Of a DNA stretch of 57,123 nt, positions 42,551-53,421 are shown piece after piece. Both the position numbers and the translations under genes were made by a program. Source of the stretch: Bdellovibrionota bacterium. Its GTDB lineage: Bacteria > Bdellovibrionota > Bdellovibrionia > Bdellovibrionales > UBA840. Where the stretch lies: contig JAYZXX010000223.1 in the NCBI GenBank assembly GCA_036140815.1, forward strand, positions 1-57,123, in the 5' to 3' direction. The notes beneath the pieces are model-generated. The model had not been told where the DNA came from. It saw only the letters and a list, made by a program, of their open reading frames with translations, and did no database searches. The stretch's first letter is position 1, and each line of letters begins with the position of its first letter.

Positions 42551-42810
42551 GGAACCTACATTTTTTTCCATTTTCTTTCCAAATAATATTAATGAAATAT
42601 TAATGGTGACCTAGACCAAACTAAAGAATTTTAAAATTCAAGCTTAGGTCTTAGCAGTAATATTTGTATCGTTACAGACCAAATTAAAGAAAACAGCTTA
42701 TATTCTTGTTTTAAAATCTAATATTGAGATTTTTATCAAAGCTTTTTAGAAGTCCAGTTTATTTTTCATTCTAAGTAACCGAAATAATAATGAGAAATAG
42801 AATGGAGTGA

Positions 42811-44667
42811 ATGATGTCAGATAGTATCGATCAGGAAATTTTAGGACTTCTTTTAGACGAAGCCTCAGAAGCTATGCAAGAGTGGGAGCAAAGCTGCCTG
42901 CTTTTAGAAAAAGATCCAAGTCAAAGTAATTTAGATGCTTTGTTCCGTGTAGCTCATAATGTAAAGGGTGCCTCTCGCAGCGTAGGACTAATGGATTTGG
43001 GTAGTTTTGTTCATAAGGCAGAAGATTTGATTAATCTTTTGAAGGATGATCCTAGTTTGGTTAACTCTGAAAGAATTGGAGTCTTGCTCGATAGCCAAAG
43101 TTTACTCAACGAATGGATTGAAACTTTAAGAGAAGATCCGAGCTATTTACCTGATACTTCCAAGTTGGAAGCTAGTATCATGCAGGCCATTGAAGCTATT
43201 CAGGCTGGGGGAGGAAGTGCTCCAGCTCTAGAAGACGAAGTTGAAGTCGCTAAAGAAAGCGTAGCAAATTCTGCTGTGGATGATCAGTCGGATCGATTTC
43301 CATCGGTGGAAGAGATTCAAGCACAGCTTGCTGCTGAGGGAGAAGTCGAAAAGAAAGCGACTGATGAGCCTCTAGTAGTAGTCAAAGATGAACCGAAAGT
43401 ATCAGCTCCTGTTGCGAAAGCAAAAAAGGCCTCTGCTAAAAAGAAAGAAGCGGCTAGTCGTCCGGATAAAACAATCCGTGTTTCCGCTGCAAAACTTGAT
43501 GAGCTAATGCAGTTAATTGGAGAATTAAGTATTCATCAAAGTATCGTTACTCACTCAAAACAAAGGGGTGAGCTAGAAACGGAAGTTTGTGGGAATGCTA
43601 TTTACCTTAGTAATAAAATCACCAAAGATTTGCAAAACCTTACCCTTTCATTGCGTATGCAGCCGGTTGCGGGGCTTTTCCAGCGTTTAGAACGTGTGGG
43701 GAGAGACGTTGCCAAAGCTCAAGAAAAAGATATTATTTTCAATCTTGAAGGGACAGAAGTCTCTCTTGATAAAACTGTGATTGAGAGAGTCACAGATCCT
43801 TTGATTCATGTGATTCGAAATGCCGTAGACCATGGTGTTGAGGATAATGACCAAAGAGCGAATAAAGGAAAGGCGACGATCACTATTGCGGCCCATCAAG
43901 ATGCAGGTGGTGTAGTGATTACAGTTAAAGATGATGGTAAGGGGATCGACCCTGAAGTGATTTATAATAAAGCCATTCAAAAGGGCTTAATATCAGCTGA
44001 TGCAGATCTAACAAAGCGAGAAATCAATGGTTTAATCTTACTTCCTGGTTTTTCAACAAGAGAAGTGGTGACTGACATTTCTGGACGTGGTGTTGGAATG
44101 GATGTTGTAAAGCAAGCGGTGGATGAACTTGGTGGTACTATTGAAATCGATAGTGAGCTGGGTAAGGGTACTGGTTTTAGAATTACTCTGCCAACTAACT
44201 TAAGTATTATTGATGCACTAGTTGTAAAAATCGGAAGATCTAATTATGCAGTTCCAATGAAAGAACTGGTGGAAATAATCGATCTGACTGAGCATAAATT
44301 GGAAAGCTCAGGCTCTGAAGGTAAAATGATTAATTTGAGGGAAGTGATTGTGCCGGTTGAAAACTTGGTGGAATACCTTCCTGCGGTATTGGAAGCGGAT
44401 GACTTTAATAAAAACAATCTCGAGTTAGATTCCAATGCTGGAACCCCTGCATTAGTTGTTCAAGATGGAGCGCATCAACTTGCTTTTGAAGTGGATCATA
44501 TATTAGGGCAACAACAAATTGTTGTTCGGCCGTTGTCTGAGCAATTAGCCAGTTTACCTGGTTACTCAGGGGGAACTATTTTAGGAAACGGTGAACCTGG
44601 AATGATAGTAAATTTAAGTCAAATGACGAAATCATATTTAAAAAGAACAAAGAGAAAAGGGGCATAA
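42811..44667 (+). CDS. cheA: Chemotaxis histidine kinase
   Basis: HPt AHNVKG, IRVSAAKLDELM, IRNAVDHG, DDGKGID, SGRGVGMDVV, C-terminal CheW domain. Confidence 0.96.
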   Translation: MMSDSIDQEILGLLLDEASEAMQEWEQSCLLLEKDPSQSNLDALFRVAHNVKGASRSVGLMDLGSFVHKAEDLINLLKDDPSLVNSERIGVLLDSQSLLNEWIETLREDPSYLPDTSKLEASIMQAIEAIQAGGGSAPALEDEVEVAKESVANSAVDDQSDRFPSVEEIQAQLAAEGEVEKKATDEPLVVVKDEPKVSAPVAKAKKASAKKKEAASRPDKTIRVSAAKLDELMQLIGELSIHQSIVTHSKQRGELETEVCGNAIYLSNKITKDLQNLTLSLRMQPVAGLFQRLERVGRDVAKAQEKDIIFNLEGTEVSLDKTVIERVTDPLIHVIRNAVDHGVEDNDQRANKGKATITIAAHQDAGGVVITVKDDGKGIDPEVIYNKAIQKGLISADADLTKREINGLILLPGFSTREVVTDISGRGVGMDVVKQAVDELGGTIEIDSELGKGTGFRITLPTNLSIIDALVVKIGRSNYAVPMKELVEIIDLTEHKLESSGSEGKMINLREVIVPVENLVEYLPAVLEADDFNKNNLELDSNAGTPALVVQDGAHQLAFEVDHILGQQQIVVRPLSEQLASLPGYSGGTILGNGEPGMIVNLSQMTKSYLKRTKRKGA

Positions 44668-44670
44668 GTA

Positions 44671-45153
44671 ATGAGCGAAACAGATGTAGTTACAGGAGCA
44701 GAAGCAAGGTATCTACTTTTTAAAGTGGGTGAGGAAGTCTATGGAACTCCTTTGCTGGGTGTTCGTGAAGTTGTGGAACCACAACCTTGTAAAAAAATGC
44801 CAAATACGGTGAAGCACTTCAAAGGATTAATTAATATTCGCGGTGAAATCGTTGGGGTTATTGATTTAAGATCAAGGTTTAATCAAGACGATAAAATTGA
44901 GGGAAAAGCATTGATTGTTTTTGATACCGAAGCCGGAGCCGTTGGAGCTTTAGTTGATCAAGTGGATAGTGTTATCGCAATTGCAGATAATGTAATTGAT
45001 CGAAACCCCAATGTGGGCTCGATGGTACCAATTGAATACGTAGTTGGAATTGCTAAGCTTGAGAACTTATTGGTTTCATTAATTGATTTGAATAAAACCT
45101 TAGGAACTGAGGAACTATCACAATTGAGAAGTACCAAACTATCTGCGGCGTAA
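44671..45153 (+). CDS. cheW: Chemotaxis coupling protein
   Basis: YLLFKVGEEVYG, GLINIRGEIVGVIDLR. Confidence 0.95.
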   Translation: MSETDVVTGAEARYLLFKVGEEVYGTPLLGVREVVEPQPCKKMPNTVKHFKGLINIRGEIVGVIDLRSRFNQDDKIEGKALIVFDTEAGAVGALVDQVDSVIAIADNVIDRNPNVGSMVPIEYVVGIAKLENLLVSLIDLNKTLGTEELSQLRSTKLSAA

Positions 45154-45171
45154 ACAAATAAGGATTTTGCT

Positions 45172-47343
45172 ATGTTGAACTTCAAGAAATGGTCATTAAA
45201 ACTAAAAGTACTTGTACTTACAGAAGTGGTCTTATTGTCCTTGGCTGCAGTAAGTGTATTCCAAGTATATAATTTAGAGAAAACTCAAAAATTTATGAGT
45301 TCTAAAAACTTACAAAGTGTTGCTATCAATGTGGGAACGCCGATAGGGAAACTATTTCGTTTGAAGTACAATCAAATTCAAACCTTAGCATCTAATCATG
45401 TTTTTGAAACGGGAGACCGAGAAAAAATACAAAACGTTCTAAATAAATTTGCCGAATTGAATGATGGCTATACTGTTTTAATTTATGCCGACAAGGATGG
45501 GAACTTTGTGGCTTCGAACACTATGGCCAGTTCGGGAGATGAAATTAACTCTGAAGGATTCAAGGCTAATTCATTTTCAGGTCAAGTTTGGTTTGAAAAA
45601 TCAATCAAAGAAGAATTCTCAGACGATGAGGACAAATTACTTTTAGGAACCTATGTAGAGGCTTTTTTAGAGGATAAAATAAAAAAAGATGCTGGTTTAG
45701 AGAAAATCATGGGTAGTGGGTTTTCTACTGTTGTTAAAGACTCAAATGGCGAAAGCATTGGAGTAGTTACAGCTCGTATCCGACCAAGTTGGATTGAAGA
45801 TGGTTTTGTAGAAATGTACAATTCCCTTTCTCGTGATGGCCTGAAAAGTGCTCGATTACTAATTGTAGATAAAAATGGGAAAATTGTTTTAGACTTTGAA
45901 CCTTCCGAAAATGAAGGAAGTTTTGAACTTGACTATTCGAAAGCCGGGAAAGAACTAGAAGCAGAATATGCTCAAGCATTTGAGGGGATTAAAGAGGGGA
46001 ATGCCTCTTTTTTTGAAGTTACTGATAAAAATGGAGTGGATCGTGTAGTGGGTTATAGTTCTTTGATCTATGATGTTCTACAGGACATGGGCTGGGGGGT
46101 GGTAGTTACCGCTGACTCTGGTGAACTTTTAGGACAACTTAAGAATAGCATTTTTTTATTTTATATCGCAGTTCTTGGGATTTTGATTGCGAGTATGGTT
46201 GTAGTTTGGTTTGTAGTTGATAAAATTTCGAATTCATTGATTTTGGTGATGCAAAGTTTAAAAGCTAGAGTAGACATTTCTATGGACACTAGTAAAAACC
46301 TATCACATGTAAGTGATGAATTAGCAGCTGGTAGTACTGAACAGGCAGCGGCAGTTCAAGAGACTGTGGCGTCGATGACTGAAATGACATCTATGATTAA
46401 TCAAACTGCTTTGCATGTTGAAGAATCTGAATCATTGGCTATGGAAGTAAACCATAGAACTCAAAAAGGTTCTGAGATCATGCAAAACATGGTTAGTTCC
46501 ATGGAAACGATTCAGCAGGCAAACGAAGAGCTTCATGAGATGAAACAAATTATTGAAGAGATTGCTGACAAAACCAAAGTGATTAATGACATTGTTTTTA
46601 AAACTCAACTTCTTTCTTTTAACGCATCTATAGAGGCCGCGCGTGCTGGTCAACACGGTAGAGGATTTGCTGTAGTTGCTGAAGAAGTTGGTAATTTGGC
46701 ACAGATGTCTGGAAATGCTGCTAACGAAATTGCCGCTTTACTTTCTAAGTCTCAATCGCAAGTTGAACAAATTGTTGAGAACACAAAAGTTCGTGTCAGT
46801 GAAGGACAAAGTGTGTCTGGTCAGGCGATGGAAACTTTTAATGAAATTGCAGAGGAAATTGAATTAATCACTTCCAAAGTAAAAAGCATTCAAGATGCAA
46901 CGAGAGAGCAAGAAGAGGGTGTTAAGCAAGTATCTATTACTATGAGGCAGATTGATGAAACCACTCAAGCAAATTCTAACTTAGCAACTTCAGCTTCAAA
47001 CCACGCTGTTGGGGTCAAACAAGAGGCGGAGGAGTTAGAGAAAATTATGAAAGATATGACTGGAGTGGTAATGGGCGGGGGAGTTGCTGCGCCTATAAAG
47101 AAAGTAAAAAAGAAAAGAGCTAAGAAAGTCGTATCCGACGATTCTTTTGAGGATATGGATTCCAATGATGAATCAAAAGAAGTGGTGGGAAGGTTTGTCG
47201 AACATATTAAACATCATGATGAAGAGGAGTTCGAAATCTCTGAGATTGATTTGCATGATGACATTGAAGATTTAGAAGATGAGCTAGTGGTTGATATAGA
47301 TGAGATTTCAGCAGATGATGACAGCTTCGGTAGTGCTGTATAA
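45172..47343 (+). CDS. Methyl-accepting chemotaxis protein with periplasmic Cache-like sensor and acidic tail
   Basis: Two TM helices; [29 protein letters not shown] hairpin. Confidence 0.95.
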   Translation: MLNFKKWSLKLKVLVLTEVVLLSLAAVSVFQVYNLEKTQKFMSSKNLQSVAINVGTPIGKLFRLKYNQIQTLASNHVFETGDREKIQNVLNKFAELNDGYTVLIYADKDGNFVASNTMASSGDEINSEGFKANSFSGQVWFEKSIKEEFSDDEDKLLLGTYVEAFLEDKIKKDAGLEKIMGSGFSTVVKDSNGESIGVVTARIRPSWIEDGFVEMYNSLSRDGLKSARLLIVDKNGKIVLDFEPSENEGSFELDYSKAGKELEAEYAQAFEGIKEGNASFFEVTDKNGVDRVVGYSSLIYDVLQDMGWGVVVTADSGELLGQLKNSIFLFYIAVLGILIASMVVVWFVVDKISNSLILVMQSLKARVDISMDTSKNLSHVSDELAAGSTEQAAAVQETVASMTEMTSMINQTALHVEESESLAMEVNHRTQKGSEIMQNMVSSMETIQQANEELHEMKQIIEEIADKTKVINDIVFKTQLLSFNASIEAARAGQHGRGFAVVAEEVGNLAQMSGNAANEIAALLSKSQSQVEQIVENTKVRVSEGQSVSGQAMETFNEIAEEIELITSKVKSIQDATREQEEGVKQVSITMRQIDETTQANSNLATSASNHAVGVKQEAEELEKIMKDMTGVVMGGGVAAPIKKVKKKRAKKVVSDDSFEDMDSNDESKEVVGRFVEHIKHHDEEEFEISEIDLHDDIEDLEDELVVDIDEISADDDSFGSAV

Positions 47344-47352
47344 GGGAGTACA

Positions 47353-49317
47353 ATGAATATAAACCTATCACACGAAGAAAGAGAAATGGTCTTTCTTCTC
47401 GCCTCTCAATTAACAGGTACCTGCCAGGAGGGTAACTTCCGTCATGAAATTTTGGTCACTAATGTAATTCGTCGAATGCATAAGGTGAACGTTGAAGATT
47501 TGGAAACTTATCTTGAGTATGTTGAGGAACATTCCAAAGAGATGCCGCACCTATTAAGCGCTCTAACGATTCACACAACCAATTGGTTTCGTGAAAAACC
47601 TCACTATAATAATTTTGTAGAATTATTAGAGAAGTACCACAAAGAACATCCAAAGCAAAAGTTTGTCATGCTTTCCGCGGCCTGTTCTACGGGTGAAGAG
47701 GTTTGGTCTTTTGCATTGGTTTGTGAGTGGTTTCGTCAAAAGAATCCAGGCTTTGAATTTGAAGTTCATGGAAGGGATATTGATCCTGTGAGCGTGGCAA
47801 AAGCTAAAAAGTGTATTTATAATGCTTCTGCGATGAAAGATATTCCAAGTGAGTATCAAAGAAATGTATTAAAGGGCTCTGGTAAGACTAAAGGGCTTTT
47901 TACCATGAGCAAAGAGATTAGAAACCGATGTTATTTTGAGGCTAGAAGTCTAACAGACAATATTGCTTCCACCGAAAATAAATTTAACTACGTAGTTGTT
48001 AGAAATGTTTTAATCTATTTTTCCCCAGAAGAGGTGGATGGAATTATTAAAAGACTATTGGGTAGTTTAGTAAATGATGGAATTTTAACAGTGGGCCATA
48101 GTGAAGCCATTGACTATCGTAAGTACAATATTAGTTTGATGGGGAATTCTACCTATAGCAAAGTTCTTACTGAAAAAGACAAAGAACGTTCTAGTGGTGC
48201 TTCTTTTCGCTCAAGAGCCAGTGTTTCCAAGCCTAGCCAATCAAGTTCAGTGACTAGCACTAGACCCAGTGCAAATATTAAAAAATCTAAGTATAAAGTT
48301 TTGGTCGTTGATGACTCGCCTACTGTGCGAAGTATGATGTGTAAAATGATCGATGGTCTTAAGTTCGTTCCAACGCCAGTAGAGAGTGCAAAAATGGCTG
48401 ATGAAGCTCTAGCTAAAGAAGACTATGACATCATTACTTTAGACTTGCATATGCCTGAGAAAGATGGGCACGAATGGTTACAAGAAAAACGTCGTAAAGG
48501 TTTAAAAATTCCAGTAATTATTGTGAGTGATGCAAATCCTGCGGAAGCCCAACAGGTGTTAAAAGCCTTAGGTGATGGCGCCCAAGATTATATTGAAAAG
48601 AAAAATTTGGGCACCCAAAAGCAGGCCATTCAAGATCGTTTATTAGCATTACTTGAAAATGATGAAATGGTTAGGCAGCAAAGTTCTCAGATGAAACAAG
48701 TTGAGAGTAGTCCAGAAAAGGTTTCTGTCTTTCAGCCAGAAATAATAGTATTGGGCGCATCAACAGGAGGAACAGAGGCCTTAGTAAGGGTTTTAAGAAA
48801 TATGCCTAGGAATTCTCCGCCAGTGATGGTTGTCCAGCATATTTCCGAAGATTTTGCCGAAGCCTTTGCCAAGAGGCTTGCGGAAGTTAGTGGCCTCAAA
48901 CTCGCTAGTCATGAATCTCAAGAGCTTTTGCCTGGGCATCTCTATATGTCAATTAAAGAAGAGCATATAGGAGTTAAAAAATCCGGAAGTAAATATGTAA
49001 GTTACTTTGAAGATAGTCCAAGGGTATCTTCTCATAAGCCAAGTGTTGATTTTCTATTTAATAGTTTATCTGAATTACCTGAAGTTCCTGCCTTAGCAAT
49101 ACTTTTAACCGGTATGGGAAAAGATGGAGCACAGGGACTTTTAAAATTAAAAAGAAATTCAGTGGTAACTATGTGTCAGGATGCGGATAGTTCTGTGGTT
49201 TGGGGAATGCCTGGAGAAGCCACTAAAATCGGAGCACCAGTCTTTTTAGGGGATACGACGAAGATTCGACAAGTTATTGATCGAGCATTGATGTCTTCTG
49301 TAAAAAAGTCAGCATAA
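47353..49317 (+). CDS. CheR-REC-CheB fusion protein
   Basis: CheR: TNWFRE, ACSTGEE, RNVLIYF, GHSE; REC: VVDDS, TLDLHMP; CheB: GASTGG, VQHI, HKPSVD, LTGMGKDG. Confidence 0.9.
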   Translation: MNINLSHEEREMVFLLASQLTGTCQEGNFRHEILVTNVIRRMHKVNVEDLETYLEYVEEHSKEMPHLLSALTIHTTNWFREKPHYNNFVELLEKYHKEHPKQKFVMLSAACSTGEEVWSFALVCEWFRQKNPGFEFEVHGRDIDPVSVAKAKKCIYNASAMKDIPSEYQRNVLKGSGKTKGLFTMSKEIRNRCYFEARSLTDNIASTENKFNYVVVRNVLIYFSPEEVDGIIKRLLGSLVNDGILTVGHSEAIDYRKYNISLMGNSTYSKVLTEKDKERSSGASFRSRASVSKPSQSSSVTSTRPSANIKKSKYKVLVVDDSPTVRSMMCKMIDGLKFVPTPVESAKMADEALAKEDYDIITLDLHMPEKDGHEWLQEKRRKGLKIPVIIVSDANPAEAQQVLKALGDGAQDYIEKKNLGTQKQAIQDRLLALLENDEMVRQQSSQMKQVESSPEKVSVFQPEIIVLGASTGGTEALVRVLRNMPRNSPPVMVVQHISEDFAEAFAKRLAEVSGLKLASHESQELLPGHLYMSIKEEHIGVKKSGSKYVSYFEDSPRVSSHKPSVDFLFNSLSELPEVPALAILLTGMGKDGAQGLLKLKRNSVVTMCQDADSSVVWGMPGEATKIGAPVFLGDTTKIRQVIDRALMSSVKKSA

Positions 49318-49343
49318 AGTAAATTTAAAAAGTATTTAATAGG

Positions 49344-49376
49344 AGAGCTTTTAGTCCACGTACTAAAAGCTTTTTT
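49344..49376. terminator. Intrinsic terminator between convergent genes
   Basis: AGCTTTTAGT-loop-ACTAAAAGCTTTTTT. Confidence 0.75.
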
Positions 49377-49383
49377 ATAGGGT

Positions 49384-50037
49384 TCAATAGATTAAAACTA
49401 TGGGTTCGGCTTTTTTCCCAAAAAAATCATTTGGAATTTTTAGTGGAGAGCCTTCATAGACTTGTTCGTTTTCCTGAGACAAGTTTAGACCAATCAAAAC
49501 TTTTCTTTTTGGAAAATATTTTTTCAGTTCATTCAAAGTCTTTTCTAATCGATAAGGTGTTTCTAGAAAGAAAACGGGGACCTTGAAATTGGCCAGCTCT
49601 TGCCATTTTTTTGCTCTCAGCTCAGACTTTGCAGGGGGAAAGCCTAAAAAATAGAACTCATCGATTCTTTGTGAGCTTAAGCTTAGTAAATACATCAAGC
49701 TGCTTGCGCCAGGAGCGACTTTAATCTTTAAATTTTTATCTCTAGCAGCTTTTACAAGCAAATGTCCAGGATCACAAAAACCAGGGGTCCCACAGTCAGA
49801 GATTAAAGCAACGTCTTGTGTTCGAATTAGATCAAGAAGTTCCTCAGAGTCTCCCTTGTCGCTGTGTTCATTGATGAAGTAAAGTTCTTTTCTGCCAAGC
49901 TTTAGATTGCTTAATATTCTTTTACATGCTTTAGGTTCTTCGCCAATTACGACTTCAACCTTTTTCAGTACTTCTAGAGCCTGAAGACTAATGTCTTGTG
50001 GATTTCCAATAGGAGTAGCAACGATATATAGAGCCAT
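49384..50037 (-). CDS. rsmI: 16S rRNA C1402 2'-O-methyltransferase (short form)
   Basis: LYIVATPIGN, ISDCGTPGFCDPG, PGASS, ETPYRL. Confidence 0.88.
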   Translation of the reverse strand: MALYIVATPIGNPQDISLQALEVLKKVEVVIGEEPKACKRILSNLKLGRKELYFINEHSDKGDSEELLDLIRTQDVALISDCGTPGFCDPGHLLVKAARDKNLKIKVAPGASSLMYLLSLSSQRIDEFYFLGFPPAKSELRAKKWQELANFKVPVFFLETPYRLEKTLNELKKYFPKRKVLIGLNLSQENEQVYEGSPLKIPNDFFGKKAEPIVLIY

Positions 50038-50163
50038 GAACAATTTATAGACTCATTTTAGATGTAGGTCATGCAAAGTCTTGAAAAATGTAAGGCTTAT
50101 AGGGATTTAGAAGCTGGACGAACGCGTAAAAATCTCGTAGATTAGTTTGGCTAAGAAAGGACA

Positions 50164-52107
50164 TTGTTGAATATGGTTAAAATTCAGTTGCCAGATGGAA
50201 ATTTTAAAGAATTTGAGAAAAACCCCAATACTTTAGAAGTTGCGGCTAGTATTTCCGAGCGTCTTGCTCAGGACACTATCGCTGGTAAATTAAATGGGGA
50301 GATTATTGATTTTCGTAGACCTTTAAAAGATGGCGATCAAATTACCATTATCACCAAAACCAGTCCTGAAGCCAATGAAGTGATCCGTCACTCAGCGGCT
50401 CATGTCATGGCGCAAGCAGTTCAAGAATTATGGCCCGAGGTTAAGGTGACCATCGGCCCGGTTATTGAAAATGGTTTTTACTATGATTTTGATTCACCAT
50501 TTAATTTTACAGATGAACACCTAGGGCAAATAGAAAAACAAATGAAAGAGGTGATTTCTCGAAAACTTCCAATCAAAAGAGAAGTATGGGAAAAGAGCGA
50601 AGCCATTTCAAAATTTGATAAGATGGGTGAAAAGTATAAGGTTGAGTTAATTGAAAACCTGCCAGCGGATGAAGAAGTGGGTGTATATACCCAAGGAGAT
50701 TGGTTAGATTTATGTCGTGGCCCTCATATTCAACACACAGGCCAGATCAAAGCTTTTAAAGTTTTATACCAGGCGGGTAGCTATTGGCGTGGGGATGAAA
50801 ACCGCGAACAGCTTCAACGTGTTTATGCAACGGCCTTTAGTGATAAGAAAGAGTTAAAAGAATATCTTCACAATCTCGAAGAAGCTAAAAAACGTGATCA
50901 TAGAAAACTAGGTAAAGAATTAAAACTTTTTACTTTTAGTCAACTTAGCCCGGGTGCGCCTTTTTTCTCTCCTCGTGGTGCTAAAGTATACAACCTTCTG
51001 CAGGAGTTGATGAGAGATAAGTATGAGGAGTATGGCTACGATGAAGTGATTACTCCACAAATTTTTGATGTGGAATTATATCACCAATCAGGGCATTACG
51101 ATAATTACCAAGAAAATATGTATTTTACAAAAATTGATGATCGAGACTTTTCAGTGAAGCCAATGAATTGCCCTGGCCATTGCGTGATGTTTGCTGGAGA
51201 AAAGCATTCTTATCGTGATCTTCCTCTCAGAATTGCCGACTTTGGAAGACTTCATCGTTATGAGAGAAGTGGTGTTATGCATGGTTTAACCCGTGTGCGT
51301 ACTTTCTGTCAGGATGATGCCCATATTTTTTGTACACAAGATCAACTGCAAGAAGAAATTGAGCGTTTCGTAACTATGTTGAACGAAATTTATGAAACAC
51401 TGGGTATGACAAACTACAAAATTTTCTTGGCGACTCGCCCAGAAAAACGCGTTGGTAGTGATGAAGTTTGGGATAAAGCGGAAGGCTCTTTGGAGCAAGC
51501 TCTTAAGAATCTAAATCTAAATTACGGAGTGAATGAAGGAGATGGTGCTTTTTATGGTCCTAAACTAGATATTGTTTTTACGGATGCCATTGGCAGGCCT
51601 TGGCAGCTAGGCACTCTACAATGTGACTTTAATATGCCAGAAAGATTTCAGTTGAAATACACTGGAGCAGATGGAGATGAACATCGTCCGGTAATGTTGC
51701 ATAGAGCGATTTTAGGCTCTTTGGAGAGATTTATAGGCGTATATCTTGAGCATACCGCTGGAAAACTGCCTACTTGGTTGTGTCCTGAGCAAGTTTCTAT
51801 TTTAAATGTGACAGATAATCAGGCAGAGTTTTGTGAAAAACTAGTTAAAGATCTAAAAAACCTAGGTATTAGGGCGGTTTTTGATTCACGAAACGAGAAG
51901 TTAGGCTTTAAAATTAGAGAGGCCCAACTGCGTAAAGTACCATATATGTTGACAATCGGCGACAAAGAGGTAGACAGTGGGAATCTATCTGTAAGAAATC
52001 GTCTCGGAGAAGTGATAGCAAGCATTTCTACTGAAGACTTTAAAAAGCTCATTGTGAAGGAAAACAAAGAGCGCTCATTAGAGTTAAGTATGCGTAATGA
52101 AAACTAG
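50164..52107 (+). CDS. thrS: Threonine--tRNA ligase (start may be ATG 50173)
   Basis: RHSAAH, DLCRGPH, KPMNCPGH, GAFYGPKLD, HRAILGSLERF. Confidence 0.98.
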   Translation: MLNMVKIQLPDGNFKEFEKNPNTLEVAASISERLAQDTIAGKLNGEIIDFRRPLKDGDQITIITKTSPEANEVIRHSAAHVMAQAVQELWPEVKVTIGPVIENGFYYDFDSPFNFTDEHLGQIEKQMKEVISRKLPIKREVWEKSEAISKFDKMGEKYKVELIENLPADEEVGVYTQGDWLDLCRGPHIQHTGQIKAFKVLYQAGSYWRGDENREQLQRVYATAFSDKKELKEYLHNLEEAKKRDHRKLGKELKLFTFSQLSPGAPFFSPRGAKVYNLLQELMRDKYEEYGYDEVITPQIFDVELYHQSGHYDNYQENMYFTKIDDRDFSVKPMNCPGHCVMFAGEKHSYRDLPLRIADFGRLHRYERSGVMHGLTRVRTFCQDDAHIFCTQDQLQEEIERFVTMLNEIYETLGMTNYKIFLATRPEKRVGSDEVWDKAEGSLEQALKNLNLNYGVNEGDGAFYGPKLDIVFTDAIGRPWQLGTLQCDFNMPERFQLKYTGADGDEHRPVMLHRAILGSLERFIGVYLEHTAGKLPTWLCPEQVSILNVTDNQAEFCEKLVKDLKNLGIRAVFDSRNEKLGFKIREAQLRKVPYMLTIGDKEVDSGNLSVRNRLGEVIASISTEDFKKLIVKENKERSLELSMRNEN

Positions 52108-52116
52108 GAGGAAAGC

Positions 52117-52746
52117 ATAAAACCTAATAAAAGAAATCACCGCGGCAAGGTGGATCGCGGTCCAAGAATGAATGAAAGAATCAAGGCTCCAGAAATTCGT
52201 GTGATTGGATCTGATGGAAAGATGTTGGGGATTTTAAGTCCTAGGGAAGCCTTAGCGATCGCAGAGAATGAAGGTTTAGATTTGGTGGAAGTTGCACCAG
52301 AGGCAAAACCGCCTACTTGTAAAATTTTAGACTACGGTAAATATCTATATGAGCAAAAAAAGAAAGCTCAGGAGTCTAAAAAGAAACAAGTACAAGTTCA
52401 GATTAAAGAGATTCAGGTTCGTCCTAGAACGGATCAGCATGATATTGATACGAAGCTAAGAAAGTCTCGCAAGTTTTTACTTGATGGAGATAAGGTTCGT
52501 TTAAATATGCGCTTTAGAGGTCGTGAAATGGCTCATAAAGAAGTTGGTAGAAAGCTTCTTATGGGTATGGTGAAAGACCTTGAAGACATCGCTGTAGTTG
52601 AAATCGAGCCAAAAATGGAAGGGCAGCATTTGTTCTTGATCATGGTTGGTGATAAGAAAAAAATTGAATACTACAAAAAGACCAAAGCTGAAGCGAATAA
52701 TGCGGAATCTTCTTCAGATTCTAATGCGGAAGCTTCTGCTAAATAA
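52117..52746 (+). CDS. infC: Translation initiation factor IF-3, probable AUA start
   Basis: NERIKAPEIRVI, DLVEVAP, DYGKY, FRGRE; AGGAGG at 52106-52111 then in-frame ATA at 52117. Confidence 0.95.
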   Translation: MKPNKRNHRGKVDRGPRMNERIKAPEIRVIGSDGKMLGILSPREALAIAENEGLDLVEVAPEAKPPTCKILDYGKYLYEQKKKAQESKKKQVQVQIKEIQVRPRTDQHDIDTKLRKSRKFLLDGDKVRLNMRFRGREMAHKEVGRKLLMGMVKDLEDIAVVEIEPKMEGQHLFLIMVGDKKKIEYYKKTKAEANNAESSSDSNAEASAK

Positions 52747-52770
52747 GTTTTTAAAATATTTGTCTTTTAT

Positions 52771-52804
52771 AAAAAGCCTAAGCTTTATTGCTTAGGCTTT
52801 TTTT
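52771..52804 (+). terminator. Intrinsic terminator after infC
   Basis: AAAAAGCCTAAGC-TTTATT-GCTTAGGCTTTTTTT. Confidence 0.9.
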
Positions 52805-52918
52805 GTCCAGTTTTATATGTGTAGGTTTTTACACAAAATATAAATAAACCAAGGTATCGCTTTGTTTGATTTCACCATATTCTTTAAGAGTCAATTTAAA
52901 TGAATACTAGGGGGGAAC

Positions 52919-53091
52919 ATGAGGCTGGCAATAGTAATTTTCTTCGGACTACTTTCTGTCTTGAATCTCAGAGCAGAGAATCTTCTGCTATGTGTGAGTA
53001 ATCTACAAGATAAGCAGGGTGGTTCAATCGTCAAAGCTGAACTTCAGTTTAAAAATAGGGATTTTTATTATGAATCCTATTGATAAGGCTT
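52919..53091 (+). pseudogene. 5' part of a small secreted-protein gene interrupted by the IS3-derived element
   Basis: G-rich SD, MRLAIVIFFGLLSVLNLRA signal peptide; stops at 53083, alternative frame runs GIFIMNPIDKA up to the element end. Confidence 0.6.
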
Positions 53092-53136
53092 CGAGGCAAC
53101 CCCCTAATTCCGGAATTTTTCGTTACTCAGAAACGT

Positions 53137-53235
53137 CTAGTATCGTAGTTTCTCCTCGCTCAAATTTTCCCGAGAATCTACCAGACACATAAAATTTAAT
53201 GATTGGTGGATTCTTTCTTCGTTGTAGAATTTTAT
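53137..53235 (-). pseudogene. IS3 OrfB C-terminal remnant
   Basis: KFYNEERIHQSLNF matches the IS3 integrase-end motif YNxxRxHxxL. Confidence 0.75.
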
Positions 53236-53421
53236 GGTGATAGCTGAGATCAATGATATTAGGCTTTTTAAGTAATCGAGATTATTATTTAAGAGCTGCT
53301 TTTTGAGTAAATCTAGCGATATTTTTAAGTTTCTCAAAAGAAGACATTTGTTTTTTCTTAGCATATAGCTCACCCGAGGTTTTTTACTTTAGCTCGAACT
53401 AAATTAGGCCGATCTAGAACC

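Noticed and set aside
52690-52740. Short AATGCGGAA.CTTCT duplication at the end of infC
   Set aside because: Ordinary low-complexity IF3 tail
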